Shown: positions 1-7,899 of the stretch, piece after piece
Position numbering within the stretch: position 1 is the first letter of the stretch
How the letters are laid out: every line of letters begins with the position of its first letter
Assembly: GCA_048887225.1 (NCBI GenBank)
Contig: JBHLJY010000036.1
Coordinates: 1 to 17,264 of the forward strand
DNA length: 17,264 nucleotides
DNA from: Candidatus Hodarchaeota archaeon
GTDB lineage: Archaea > Asgardarchaeota > Lokiarchaeia > Sigyniarchaeales > SOKP01
Direction of reading: 5' to 3'
Made by a program: the position numbers and the translations under genes
The notes under the pieces: generated by a model
Told to the model about the DNA's origin: nothing
Database searches by the model: none
Seen by the model: only the letters and a program-made list of their open reading frames with translations

Positions 1-833
1 CTATATCTTCCTGGAATTAAACGTTCTTTTACTCTTTCTTTAAATATTCTTTTTCCTTCTTCAATAACTTCACGTATAAACTGTTTATAATAATCCAAAC
101 CTTCTTTCTCTATAAAATCTAAAACGGCATCACGGATCATGAGATCTCCTGCTAGCCTACATTTTTCATCAAGTTCCCAATACATTGGAGTTCTAACAGA
201 TCTTCTTGCCGTAATCATATGGTCCTTCCAAATCTTATCGTTTGACCCTATTTTTTTACATGTATAATAAACACCATCATCAAAACGCTGAACAGATGAC
301 ATCAAAACATGCCCAGGAGTAATTCCCCCGATATCTATCTGGTGGGTGACTCCTCCTGCCCAACCAATTAATTCATTTTTCCAGAAAATGGGAATTATTG
401 TTTGGACATCTGTGGTGTGCACATTCCCGCAATCAGGATCGTTATTTAGAAATATATCTCCAGGATTGATCCCAGGGTCATCTTCATAATCTTCACGAAC
501 CATAAATTTGACTGCTTCACTCATAGTATGGATATGAACTAAAATACCAGTAGAAACGGCGATTGAATCTCCCTCAGGAGTATACAAGCCAAAACAGAGT
601 TCACCAATTTCTTTGACAATTGGTGATGCTGCCACATGTAAAGCTGTTTCTCTTGCAGATACTAACGCACCTCTTAAACTAGCATAGGCACGCTCATATC
701 GAAAAGGATCTTCTTCTTTTAATCTTAGTTTGTCTGTAGCATAATAATATCCTGTCTTTTGAAACATTTTCTCACTTCCTTCTAACATTTCTATTAGAGT
801 TTTTCCATTCCATCCTATTGGTTTATTCGACAT
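1..833 (-). CDS. acxB: Acetone carboxylase alpha subunit (hydantoinase B/oxoprolinase family), 3'-truncated at the window edge; not in the ORF track
   Basis: Manual translation from ATG 833: MSNKPIGWNGKTLIEMLEGSEKMFQKTGYYY...LRGALVSARETALHVAASPIVKEIGELCFGLYTPEGDSIAVSTGILVHIHTMSEAVKFM...GDIFLNNDPDCGNVHTTDVQTIIPIFW...GWAGGVTHQIDIG. E78/H139/D142/H164 have the same spacing as the recalled AcxB Mn ligands (E89/H150/D153/H175). It lies 3 nt after acxA, with a GGAGGTG SD at 840-846. Confidence 0.9.
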   Translation of the reverse strand, partial: MSNKPIGWNGKTLIEMLEGSEKMFQKTGYYYATDKLRLKEEDPFRYERAYASLRGALVSARETALHVAASPIVKEIGELCFGLYTPEGDSIAVSTGILVHIHTMSEAVKFMVREDYEDDPGINPGDIFLNNDPDCGNVHTTDVQTIIPIFWKNELIGWAGGVTHQIDIGGITPGHVLMSSVQRFDDGVYYTCKKIGSNDKIWKDHMITARRSVRTPMYWELDEKCRLAGDLMIRDAVLDFIEKEGLDYYKQFIREVIEEGKRIFKERVKERLIPGRY

Positions 834-836
834 TTA

Positions 837-3014
837 TTACACCTCCATATGAAAAATTCTATGTTTATCAAGCTTAACCCGGAAACCTGGTGGAACTAAT
901 AAAGTTGTAGCAGGTGCCTCGATAACCGCGGGGCCATTTATAATATTTCCAGGGTTTAACAGATGCATTTCCCAGAGAGAAGCATTATGCCAATTTTTCC
1001 CCCAGAAAATATCTCTGTTCCCCTTAGATGCTATATCATCTGGTTTTTCTCCACTTAACTCGTGCTCGGGTAACTTAGGTTTTGGAACTGGCAGTACTCC
1101 CGTTCCTATTGCTTTAGTTACATGGTATCCAAGTTCGGGACTTTTTGTGCCTCTTCGGAATATCTGGTCAAAAAGATCGTCATATCTTTTGGTTAGTTCC
1201 TTTAAATCATCAGAATCATATCGTTGCATCTCTTCCGAGAAATGTATCCCCAATTCAGCAGTGGGGGACTGAACCTCTAAATCGTCAAACATGCCTAGAT
1301 ACTGAAAACGGACAGAAGGTTTAAATTCCATTTCATTAGGATCCCTCCCTTCTTTTTCTAACTCCTTGGCAATATTATTTTTCAATTCTGACCATGTGGA
1401 GTTGAGCATAGATGCCACAAATGTATTCATACCACCATCAGGAGGTAATATTAAATCCACAGTTTTTTCGTGTCTGTAAGAATAATCAGCACAAGCACAT
1501 CCAAATGCAGAAAAAGCAGGAGCCCATTCTGGTAATAAAATATCTTGAAATGTCATTCCTCTTGAATAACCTGCCACATGAAGTGGTCCACCTCCTCCAA
1601 AAGATATAAGTGTATAATTTTCTGGTCTAAATCCTAATCCTTGAATCATTCCATTAAGATGATTGCTCATATTGATTTCTATTAAATCTAAAGCACCTCT
1701 GGCAGTAATATATGGATCTGCCCTTAAAGGTTCTGCTAGTTGATTTTCGATATATTTATAAGCTCTTTCCTTATTTAATGGAACTTTCCCTCCAAGGAAA
1801 TAGTTTGGATTAAGATATCCAAGAATTAAACTACAATCGGTCATGGTAACCGTCTCCACACCAGATTTTTCATTACATACACCAATAAGATATCCTGCAC
1901 TTTCGGGACCAAACTCTAACCTTCCCGAAATATCGTTGTATCTTACGTACATACCTGTTCCTGCGCCTATGGAATCTAAAGCGATCATAGGTATGTTTAA
2001 TATGAACCTTCCAAGGGAACTTTCCCATTTGGTGGGAACATACCTCTCCATTATTAGACCTACATCGAAGCTCGTACCACCTACATCTGATGAAACCAAA
2101 TTCTTAATCCCATATTTTTCAGCTATAAATTTAGCTCCTATCATTCCACCAATAGGCCCTGAAACCATAGTTGTTATTAGTGATTTGTGGTATGGAGAAA
2201 TTGTTCCACCATAGGAGGTCAAAATTCTAAGTGGTGCTGGCACACCTTTTTCTTGTAATCGTTCAGCTATTTTTATTAATTGTTTTCTTGAAGGTTCTGC
2301 CGCATACTGTTCAATGACAAGAGCATTAAGTCTCGGAGTTTCTCCTCTTACTGGATTATGGACACTTGATAAAATAATAGGGATTTCTTTGCCTTTCTCC
2401 TTCATTATCTCTTTCGCAATTAATTCTACATTCATTTCATGTTTTGCGTTCATATATGAACAAAGGAGGCATACACAAATGCTTTCAACTCCCATATCGA
2501 GCAATTCTATAACCGCTTTCCTTACGTCATCCTTATAAAGTGGAACCAATTCATCGCCCCAAAAGTTAATTCTCCCACGTACACCCTTAATTTGCTTTAG
2601 TGGTATAAGTGGCTCAGGATGTTCGTGCTCTATGGCATGCAGTCGACCTCCATAATCAAGCCAAATCCAGCATTGAAGTGCTCTACCCAATCTAAGAAGG
2701 TCTTCAAAACCAGCATTTACGATTACACCAATATTACTATTTCCTTCCCTTTCCAAAAGTCTATTTAACATCGCAGTACCAGAATATACTAAAGCCTCTA
2801 CGGAATTGCCTGACGCTTCAAGAGTAGACTTCCATTGCCCTAATGAATCAGCTATCGAATTAAGAATACCTTCAGACTCATTCTCAGGAGTAGTAACCGC
2901 TTTCCCTACTGCAAAAGCGCCTTTTTCATCAATGATGAAAGAGTCAGTCATAGTCCCTCCCGTATCTAACGCTATTGCTTTTAAAAAAAATTTATCCTTT
3001 CCTATTTCAGTCAA
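837..3014 (-). CDS. acxA: Acetone carboxylase beta subunit (hydantoinase A/oxoprolinase family, ATP-binding)
   Basis: 725 aa with DTGGTMTD, YSGTAMLNR, SGPIGG, SSDVGGTSFD, SIGAGTG, FGGGGPLH, AFSAFG and GPAVIE motifs. TTG start is preceded by GAAGGA. Directly upstream of an AcxB-like gene. Confidence 0.9.
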   Translation of the reverse strand: MTEIGKDKFFLKAIALDTGGTMTDSFIIDEKGAFAVGKAVTTPENESEGILNSIADSLGQWKSTLEASGNSVEALVYSGTAMLNRLLEREGNSNIGVIVNAGFEDLLRLGRALQCWIWLDYGGRLHAIEHEHPEPLIPLKQIKGVRGRINFWGDELVPLYKDDVRKAVIELLDMGVESICVCLLCSYMNAKHEMNVELIAKEIMKEKGKEIPIILSSVHNPVRGETPRLNALVIEQYAAEPSRKQLIKIAERLQEKGVPAPLRILTSYGGTISPYHKSLITTMVSGPIGGMIGAKFIAEKYGIKNLVSSDVGGTSFDVGLIMERYVPTKWESSLGRFILNIPMIALDSIGAGTGMYVRYNDISGRLEFGPESAGYLIGVCNEKSGVETVTMTDCSLILGYLNPNYFLGGKVPLNKERAYKYIENQLAEPLRADPYITARGALDLIEINMSNHLNGMIQGLGFRPENYTLISFGGGGPLHVAGYSRGMTFQDILLPEWAPAFSAFGCACADYSYRHEKTVDLILPPDGGMNTFVASMLNSTWSELKNNIAKELEKEGRDPNEMEFKPSVRFQYLGMFDDLEVQSPTAELGIHFSEEMQRYDSDDLKELTKRYDDLFDQIFRRGTKSPELGYHVTKAIGTGVLPVPKPKLPEHELSGEKPDDIASKGNRDIFWGKNWHNASLWEMHLLNPGNIINGPAVIEAPATTLLVPPGFRVKLDKHRIFHMEV

Positions 3015-3172
3015 ATTTAATCCTTCTAATTTTCTATTTTTATATCAATATCAATATTTTAAGTTTTTTAAAAAATTTGAAAATTAATATCTATCCTTTT
3101 TTGGATTTTATAAATCTTTATACTTATAGAAATTCGAGTTATAATAATAAAAAGCTAAATTCTTTTTTACAC

Positions 3173-3910
3173 TTACTCCAAAAGTTCTTCCAATTCTTTA
3201 TCTGAGATAAATCCTTTATACTCCATTATTTTCTTAATTTCCTTGATAAGATTTGGCTTTGAACTAGATGACTCCGCTAAGTTATCCAAAGCTTCAAATT
3301 TTTTATTTAGTTCATTTAATTGGTTGATTTTGGTTTCCAAATTACTTTTATGACTTTCTAATTCTCTCTCTTTCTCTTTTAATAATTCTTCTTTCTGTTC
3401 TAACTCAGTTTTTAGAGAGGTTATTTCTCCCTTTTTGTCCAATCTCTCTCTTTTCAAATCTTTTTCGATTTTTATTATCTCCTCGTTATTCTTTTTTAAC
3501 TCATTTTCGAGATTTTTAAACTCTTCGTCTTTCTTTTTTAATTCACTAACTAATTTTTCTATTTCTTTATCCTTTTCTCCAATTGTTTCTTCTAATTTAG
3601 ATGTTCTTTCTAACGAGGAATCTAATTTAACTTCCCTTTCAGAAAATTTTGTTTCAGAAACTCTCAATTTTTTCTTTAAATCTGAAATTTCATTTTCTTG
3701 AGAAGAAAATTTATTTTTTAACTCGTTTAAATTTTTAACTGTAGCTGACAATTTTGCATTAGTCTCTATTAGCTTTTTCTTATTTTGCTCTAATTCTCTT
3801 GCCATATCGTTGACTTTTGCTCTAAACTCTAATAAAACTCTTCCTTCTATTTTTTGTTTCAATTCGGGTTTTTCTTTTGCTTTAATCCAATCGATACTAA
3901 TTTTTTTCAC
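3173..3910 (-). CDS. Coiled-coil protein with short conserved C-terminal helical motif (paralog 1); true start may be ATT at 3901
   Basis: E/K/L-rich heptad pattern over most of the length. Ends in LIKEIKKIMEYKGFISDKELEELLE, shared with 6292..6912. The annotated GTG is part of an AGGTGA SD-like sequence. Confidence 0.8.
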   Translation of the reverse strand: MKKISIDWIKAKEKPELKQKIEGRVLLEFRAKVNDMARELEQNKKKLIETNAKLSATVKNLNELKNKFSSQENEISDLKKKLRVSETKFSEREVKLDSSLERTSKLEETIGEKDKEIEKLVSELKKKDEEFKNLENELKKNNEEIIKIEKDLKRERLDKKGEITSLKTELEQKEELLKEKERELESHKSNLETKINQLNELNKKFEALDNLAESSSSKPNLIKEIKKIMEYKGFISDKELEELLE

Positions 3911-4123
3911 CTTCTAGTATGATTAAATTAGAAATTTCAATAAATAATAGAATACGACTGATTTGTTATACTAATTGTTGATTTATTAAATATTATTTTT
4001 GAATCTTTATATTTTTTAAAAAAATTAATCTTAACAAATCTACTTCCAAGCTTAATTTTTATACTTATTGTAATTAATTAATAATGTGAATTCCTAAAAA
4101 AATGTGGAAATATTGATAAACAG

Positions 4124-4140
4124 ATAACATATTATGTTAT
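4124..4140. promoter_or_regulatory. Perfect inverted repeat ATAACATA-T-TATGTTAT, candidate transcription-factor site
   Basis: 8-bp arms with a 1-nt spacer, in the divergent intergenic region 64 nt upstream of the GTPase fusion gene. The background is very AT-rich. Confidence 0.3.
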
Positions 4141-4204
4141 TAAAAAATGTAATGAATATATACATTCAAAAAATAAATTTTAATAAAATAAAGGTTGGAA
4201 AATA

Positions 4205-6250
4205 ATGGCTCTCGACAGAAAAAGGCTTAACGCTTTACTTCAATGGTACAGACAAGAAGTTGGTAAAGATTTCACAGCAGCATTTATTTTAGATCGGGAA
4301 GGTCAAGTTATTGAATATTTAACAAAGGCATCTAATGAAGAGATAGAAATCGAGTTTGTAGACAATATTAGAGAAATTATGGGATTAATCCTCAAACAAA
4401 TAGTAGAAAATTTTACGTTGGGTAAATTTGGAGCTGGATCTTTTGATACTTCTGAATATAGATTTATTTTTTGCGAAGCTGGACCTGATGCCATTTTTGT
4501 AACTTTATTAGATGCTTTAGCAATGGCCGAACCAGTCTTTCCGTATGCCTATTTAGCTGCTGAAAAAGTTGCTGGAATTTTTGAAGGAAAACCTATAAGT
4601 CCTGTTATTCCTAAACTAGTAGTTGATAAAAATATTCAAGATATCCAGCGGAAAGTTGACACCCTTCAGAAACTTAACGTTCCCTTTGCTGATTACGCAT
4701 ATAAATTAATCTTAGGGGGTGATGGTGCTGTAGGAAAAACAAGTATGATACAGCGTTTTGTAGAAGGTATTTTTCGCACGGATTATAAGGCAACAATTGG
4801 AACAGCCATAACTAAAAAAGAATGCAAATTTGATGGATTGGATTCCACAATTCGATTCGTTATTTGGGATTTAGCAGGACAACCACAGTTTAATCGAATA
4901 AGACATCATTATTATTCAAATGCTGAAGCCGCAATGCTAATTTATGATATAACTCGACGGGATACTTTCGATAATATAAAAAAGTGGTTTACTGAAATTA
5001 AAAAAGAAGCGGCACCACATTGCATACTAGTTCTAGTAGGAAATAAAAATGATTTAAAAAATACTAGGGCTGTGTCTACTTCTGAAGGTGAAAACCTAGC
5101 TAAAGAATTAGGAATATCTTACATTGAAACTTCAGCTATAACAGGTGAAAATATAAATGATGCATTTAAGATGCTTGCTCTACAATTAATTAAAAAATAT
5201 TTTGAGGTCATTGAGGTTTCAAAAATTAAAACTGATAAAATTCCGGTATTATCTCAAGAAGGTGATGATAAAATTGAAGTAAAAAAGGCTGAAAAAATCG
5301 CAGATTTGGGTGATTACGAAAAGGTTCTTATCACGGAATTGTGGGATAATGTAGAAAAATTTACTCCCTGGCTTGAAAAGAATATTGAATATCTTAATGA
5401 AGCTTTAGAGATTTCTTTGATTCCAATTGATCAAGAATCCCAAGATAGTATTTACTCTACAAGTATTTTTGCAGAAGATAAATTCGGCAATAAAGTCATA
5501 ATAGAAACTCAGTTTGGTAAAACAAACTCCGAATATTTAGAAAAAATTCTAAAATCTCTTGCATATTACGATGCAAAAATAGCAATTTGGATATGCGAAG
5601 AACCACTCCCAGAACATGAAGTTATGATGTCATGGTTAAATGAAAATAGCCTTGATAATGTGAATTTCTATCTTTGTAAAATAGAAATTTTTAAAATTGA
5701 TAATTCACCCCCAACACCATTATTGATTAAAGTCTGTGGGCCATCACCAGTTTTAAAAAGGATGAGAATTGCTAGTACGAAATTGAATTACATTGAAAGA
5801 AAAAGAATCGAATTTTGGGAGAAATTAATTGAAAAAATATATTCAAACTTTCCTGAACACGCTAATATCACCCCTCTTAGAGGTTCCTGGATTTTTAGTC
5901 CAACGGGAAAAAAAGGAATAAGATATGTCTATGTCATAAATCCAGACTCAGCAGCTATAATGTTATATTTTGACCACCCAAATCAAGAACTCAATCAAAA
6001 GAGATTCAAAGAGCTTGAATCCAAAAAAGAAGAAATAAATAATATGTTTGGGAGCATTTTTTACGATCTTTCAGGTTATTTAGCATGGAATTTTAATAAG
6101 AATATAAATTTCCAAAGCATTACATATAGATTTGAAGAGTGGGGATTGAAAGACGAAGAACAATGGGAAAATTTACAACTCAAAATGATAGATGCAATGA
6201 AATGCTTAGTTCAAGCTGTACAGAACCACATTGATAATTTAACTTATTAA
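4205..6250 (+). CDS. Multidomain protein: Roadblock/LC7-like domain + Rab-like small GTPase + degenerate PD-(D/E)XK nuclease-like domain + DUF4268-like domain
   Basis: G1 GDGAVGKT (4718-4741), G2 YKATIG, G3 WDLAGQ, G4 GNKND, G5 ETSA, plus RabF-like YYSNA and LIYDIT. Residues 1-130 show a Roadblock pattern (helix-AFILDREG-helix-three strands-helix). Residues ~368-515 have FTPWL..N...L...IETQF...IWI.....EH.....WLNE...FKIDNSPPTP. Residues ~535-677 run EFWEKL...W....QW...MIDAM. AGGTTGG precedes the ATG. Confidence 0.85.
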   Translation: MALDRKRLNALLQWYRQEVGKDFTAAFILDREGQVIEYLTKASNEEIEIEFVDNIREIMGLILKQIVENFTLGKFGAGSFDTSEYRFIFCEAGPDAIFVTLLDALAMAEPVFPYAYLAAEKVAGIFEGKPISPVIPKLVVDKNIQDIQRKVDTLQKLNVPFADYAYKLILGGDGAVGKTSMIQRFVEGIFRTDYKATIGTAITKKECKFDGLDSTIRFVIWDLAGQPQFNRIRHHYYSNAEAAMLIYDITRRDTFDNIKKWFTEIKKEAAPHCILVLVGNKNDLKNTRAVSTSEGENLAKELGISYIETSAITGENINDAFKMLALQLIKKYFEVIEVSKIKTDKIPVLSQEGDDKIEVKKAEKIADLGDYEKVLITELWDNVEKFTPWLEKNIEYLNEALEISLIPIDQESQDSIYSTSIFAEDKFGNKVIIETQFGKTNSEYLEKILKSLAYYDAKIAIWICEEPLPEHEVMMSWLNENSLDNVNFYLCKIEIFKIDNSPPTPLLIKVCGPSPVLKRMRIASTKLNYIERKRIEFWEKLIEKIYSNFPEHANITPLRGSWIFSPTGKKGIRYVYVINPDSAAIMLYFDHPNQELNQKRFKELESKKEEINNMFGSIFYDLSGYLAWNFNKNINFQSITYRFEEWGLKDEEQWENLQLKMIDAMKCLVQAVQNHIDNLTY

Positions 6251-6291
6251 ACCAGAGCTTTTAATAACTAATAGAATATTATCTAATTATT

Positions 6292-6912
6292 TTATTTCTC
6301 AATTATTTCTTCGAGTTCTTTATCGGTAATAAATCCTTTATACGCCATCACTTCTTTAATTTTTTTAATAAAAATTGGCGAAATTTGGTTTTCTAGACTC
6401 TTTGCCTCAAGCTCATGAATTCTGTCTTTTAGGGCATTTATTTGTATTACTTTTTTTTCTAAATCAGTCATAATTTTAAAAATTGCTTTATCCTTTTGTA
6501 AAATTGTGTGATCTAAGTCATTTTTATCTATCTCAATTTGAATTTCTTTCTGTTCTATTTCAGCGTTAAGTTTTTCTATTTCTTTATCTTTTTTTGTAAT
6601 TATATTTTTCAATTTAGCTAAATCATCAACTGAAGGGTAAAGTGTATCTTTATCTTTAGTAAATATTTCATCATTTTTTTTCATTTTAGACTTTAAATCT
6701 AAAATGGTTCTATTTAAATTTTTTATAGCGGAAGATAGTTTCTTAAAAATAATTACTAAATCATTTTCTGGGGTTAACACATTTTCTTTAATAGTAGATA
6801 AATCCGTCATATTTTGAGATAGTTGGCGTTCTAAGTCTTCTATTTTTAATTTAATCTCAAGGAGAAGATCCACTTCAGCTCTACTTTTCAAAAGCTCTTC
6901 AAGTCTGATCAT
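6292..6912 (-). CDS. Coiled-coil protein with short conserved C-terminal helical motif (paralog 2); true start may be ATT at 6936
   Basis: Heptad-rich. Contains KDKEIEKL and ends IKKIKEVMAYKGFITDKELEEIIEK, matching 3173..3910. GAGGTGA lies at 6949-6943. Confidence 0.8.
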   Translation of the reverse strand: MIRLEELLKSRAEVDLLLEIKLKIEDLERQLSQNMTDLSTIKENVLTPENDLVIIFKKLSSAIKNLNRTILDLKSKMKKNDEIFTKDKDTLYPSVDDLAKLKNIITKKDKEIEKLNAEIEQKEIQIEIDKNDLDHTILQKDKAIFKIMTDLEKKVIQINALKDRIHELEAKSLENQISPIFIKKIKEVMAYKGFITDKELEEIIEK

Positions 6913-7033
6913 AGTCTCTTCAAAATCAAATTTAATTTATTCTCACCTCAAAAAGTTAAAATATCAAGAATGTGTCAAATAAATATTCTCCGCAGCATTT
7001 AATAAATATTTCTCTAATAATACAATAATTAGC

Positions 7034-7813
7034 TTATAGCTTTTTGACTTTTTTAGCAATTTTCTTTTTTATTTTTTCGTATGAAGGGGGTGGTCCAGTT
7101 CTTACCTGCTTATCATCTATAAATAATCCATCGACAATACCCCATTCTAAAAAAACATCTCTCTTCATAGTATTAATCTCTCGAAATTCAACTTTATCAC
7201 CAAATTCCAAAGCTGCATTTTTAGCCCTTTCATAAACTATATTCTGTGCAGGACACCATCCGTTTATAAAGGAGGAAACTAAAACTTTACCTTGTATGGG
7301 TTCCGGTTTCTTCTTCTCTCTAATCCATCTTGGGGAAATTGCTTCATCGGTGAATGGTTTCCATAAAAGAACTTGCATACCTTGCTTGTCCACTTGAGTG
7401 TATCCATGTTTTTTAAACCATTTAGCTCTCATCCAAAACGGCAGAGATATGCCCCATGCTACCATGCCTTTAATCCCTTTAGATTTAGCATCATTTTCAG
7501 CAGCCTCAAGCAAAGCCGTACCTAACCCTTTTTTTTGGTAATTTCCTTTTCCCTCGTTATACCCATGTACCCAGATACAAAGAATAAAATATAAATCATT
7601 CCCTTCTGCAAATGATAGCTCAATAGGTAAATATTGTATCATCCCTCCAACTATACCATCATCGATAGCTATTTTTACATTAAGACCTTTTTCTTTCATT
7701 TTATTAAACCAAACCTCTTTATGGCTCCCTGCCTCCTTCATCTCTTCTGACCAATCTTCAAGGCATACAAAATATGTAGCCTTATGTCTATCTTCTAAAT
7801 CAATAATATTCAT
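7034..7813 (-). CDS. GNAT family N-acetyltransferase with C-terminal thioredoxin-like (YoaP-like) domain
   Basis: Acetyl-CoA-binding motif A YQKKGLGTALL, and motif B-like WFKKHGY. C-terminal FINGWCPAQN...VEFREIN...GLFIDD fits a thioredoxin-like pattern. Confidence 0.8.
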   Translation of the reverse strand: MNIIDLEDRHKATYFVCLEDWSEEMKEAGSHKEVWFNKMKEKGLNVKIAIDDGIVGGMIQYLPIELSFAEGNDLYFILCIWVHGYNEGKGNYQKKGLGTALLEAAENDAKSKGIKGMVAWGISLPFWMRAKWFKKHGYTQVDKQGMQVLLWKPFTDEAISPRWIREKKKPEPIQGKVLVSSFINGWCPAQNIVYERAKNAALEFGDKVEFREINTMKRDVFLEWGIVDGLFIDDKQVRTGPPPSYEKIKKKIAKKVKKL

Positions 7814-7899
7814 TTTTCATTTATCCTATTGATTGTTCTGCTTAATTTTTTTATTTTCGGAATATATTTTTATGGAAAAGGAAATATAATACAATAAAA

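Noticed and set aside
3042-3057. Short tandem repeat ATATCA-ATATCA-ATAT upstream of acxA
   Set aside because: Too short and AT-rich to distinguish from chance.
1412-3205. Plus-strand ORFs 1412..1609, 1843..2214, 2314..2538, 2806..3087, 2975..3205
   Set aside because: Antisense shadows of acxA or AT-rich intergenic read-through, with no motifs or RBS.
3173-3910. Calling the coiled-coil proteins SMC, myosin or golgin orthologs
   Set aside because: No Walker motifs, hinge or motor domain. Coiled-coil composition alone gives spurious similarity.
4697-5200. Assigning the GTPase to a specific eukaryotic Rab, or calling it a Roc/COR or Rag protein
   Set aside because: RabF1-3 are only loosely matched and there is no prenylation motif. 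No COR or LRR was seen. The Roadblock-like domain is N-terminal, unlike Rag.
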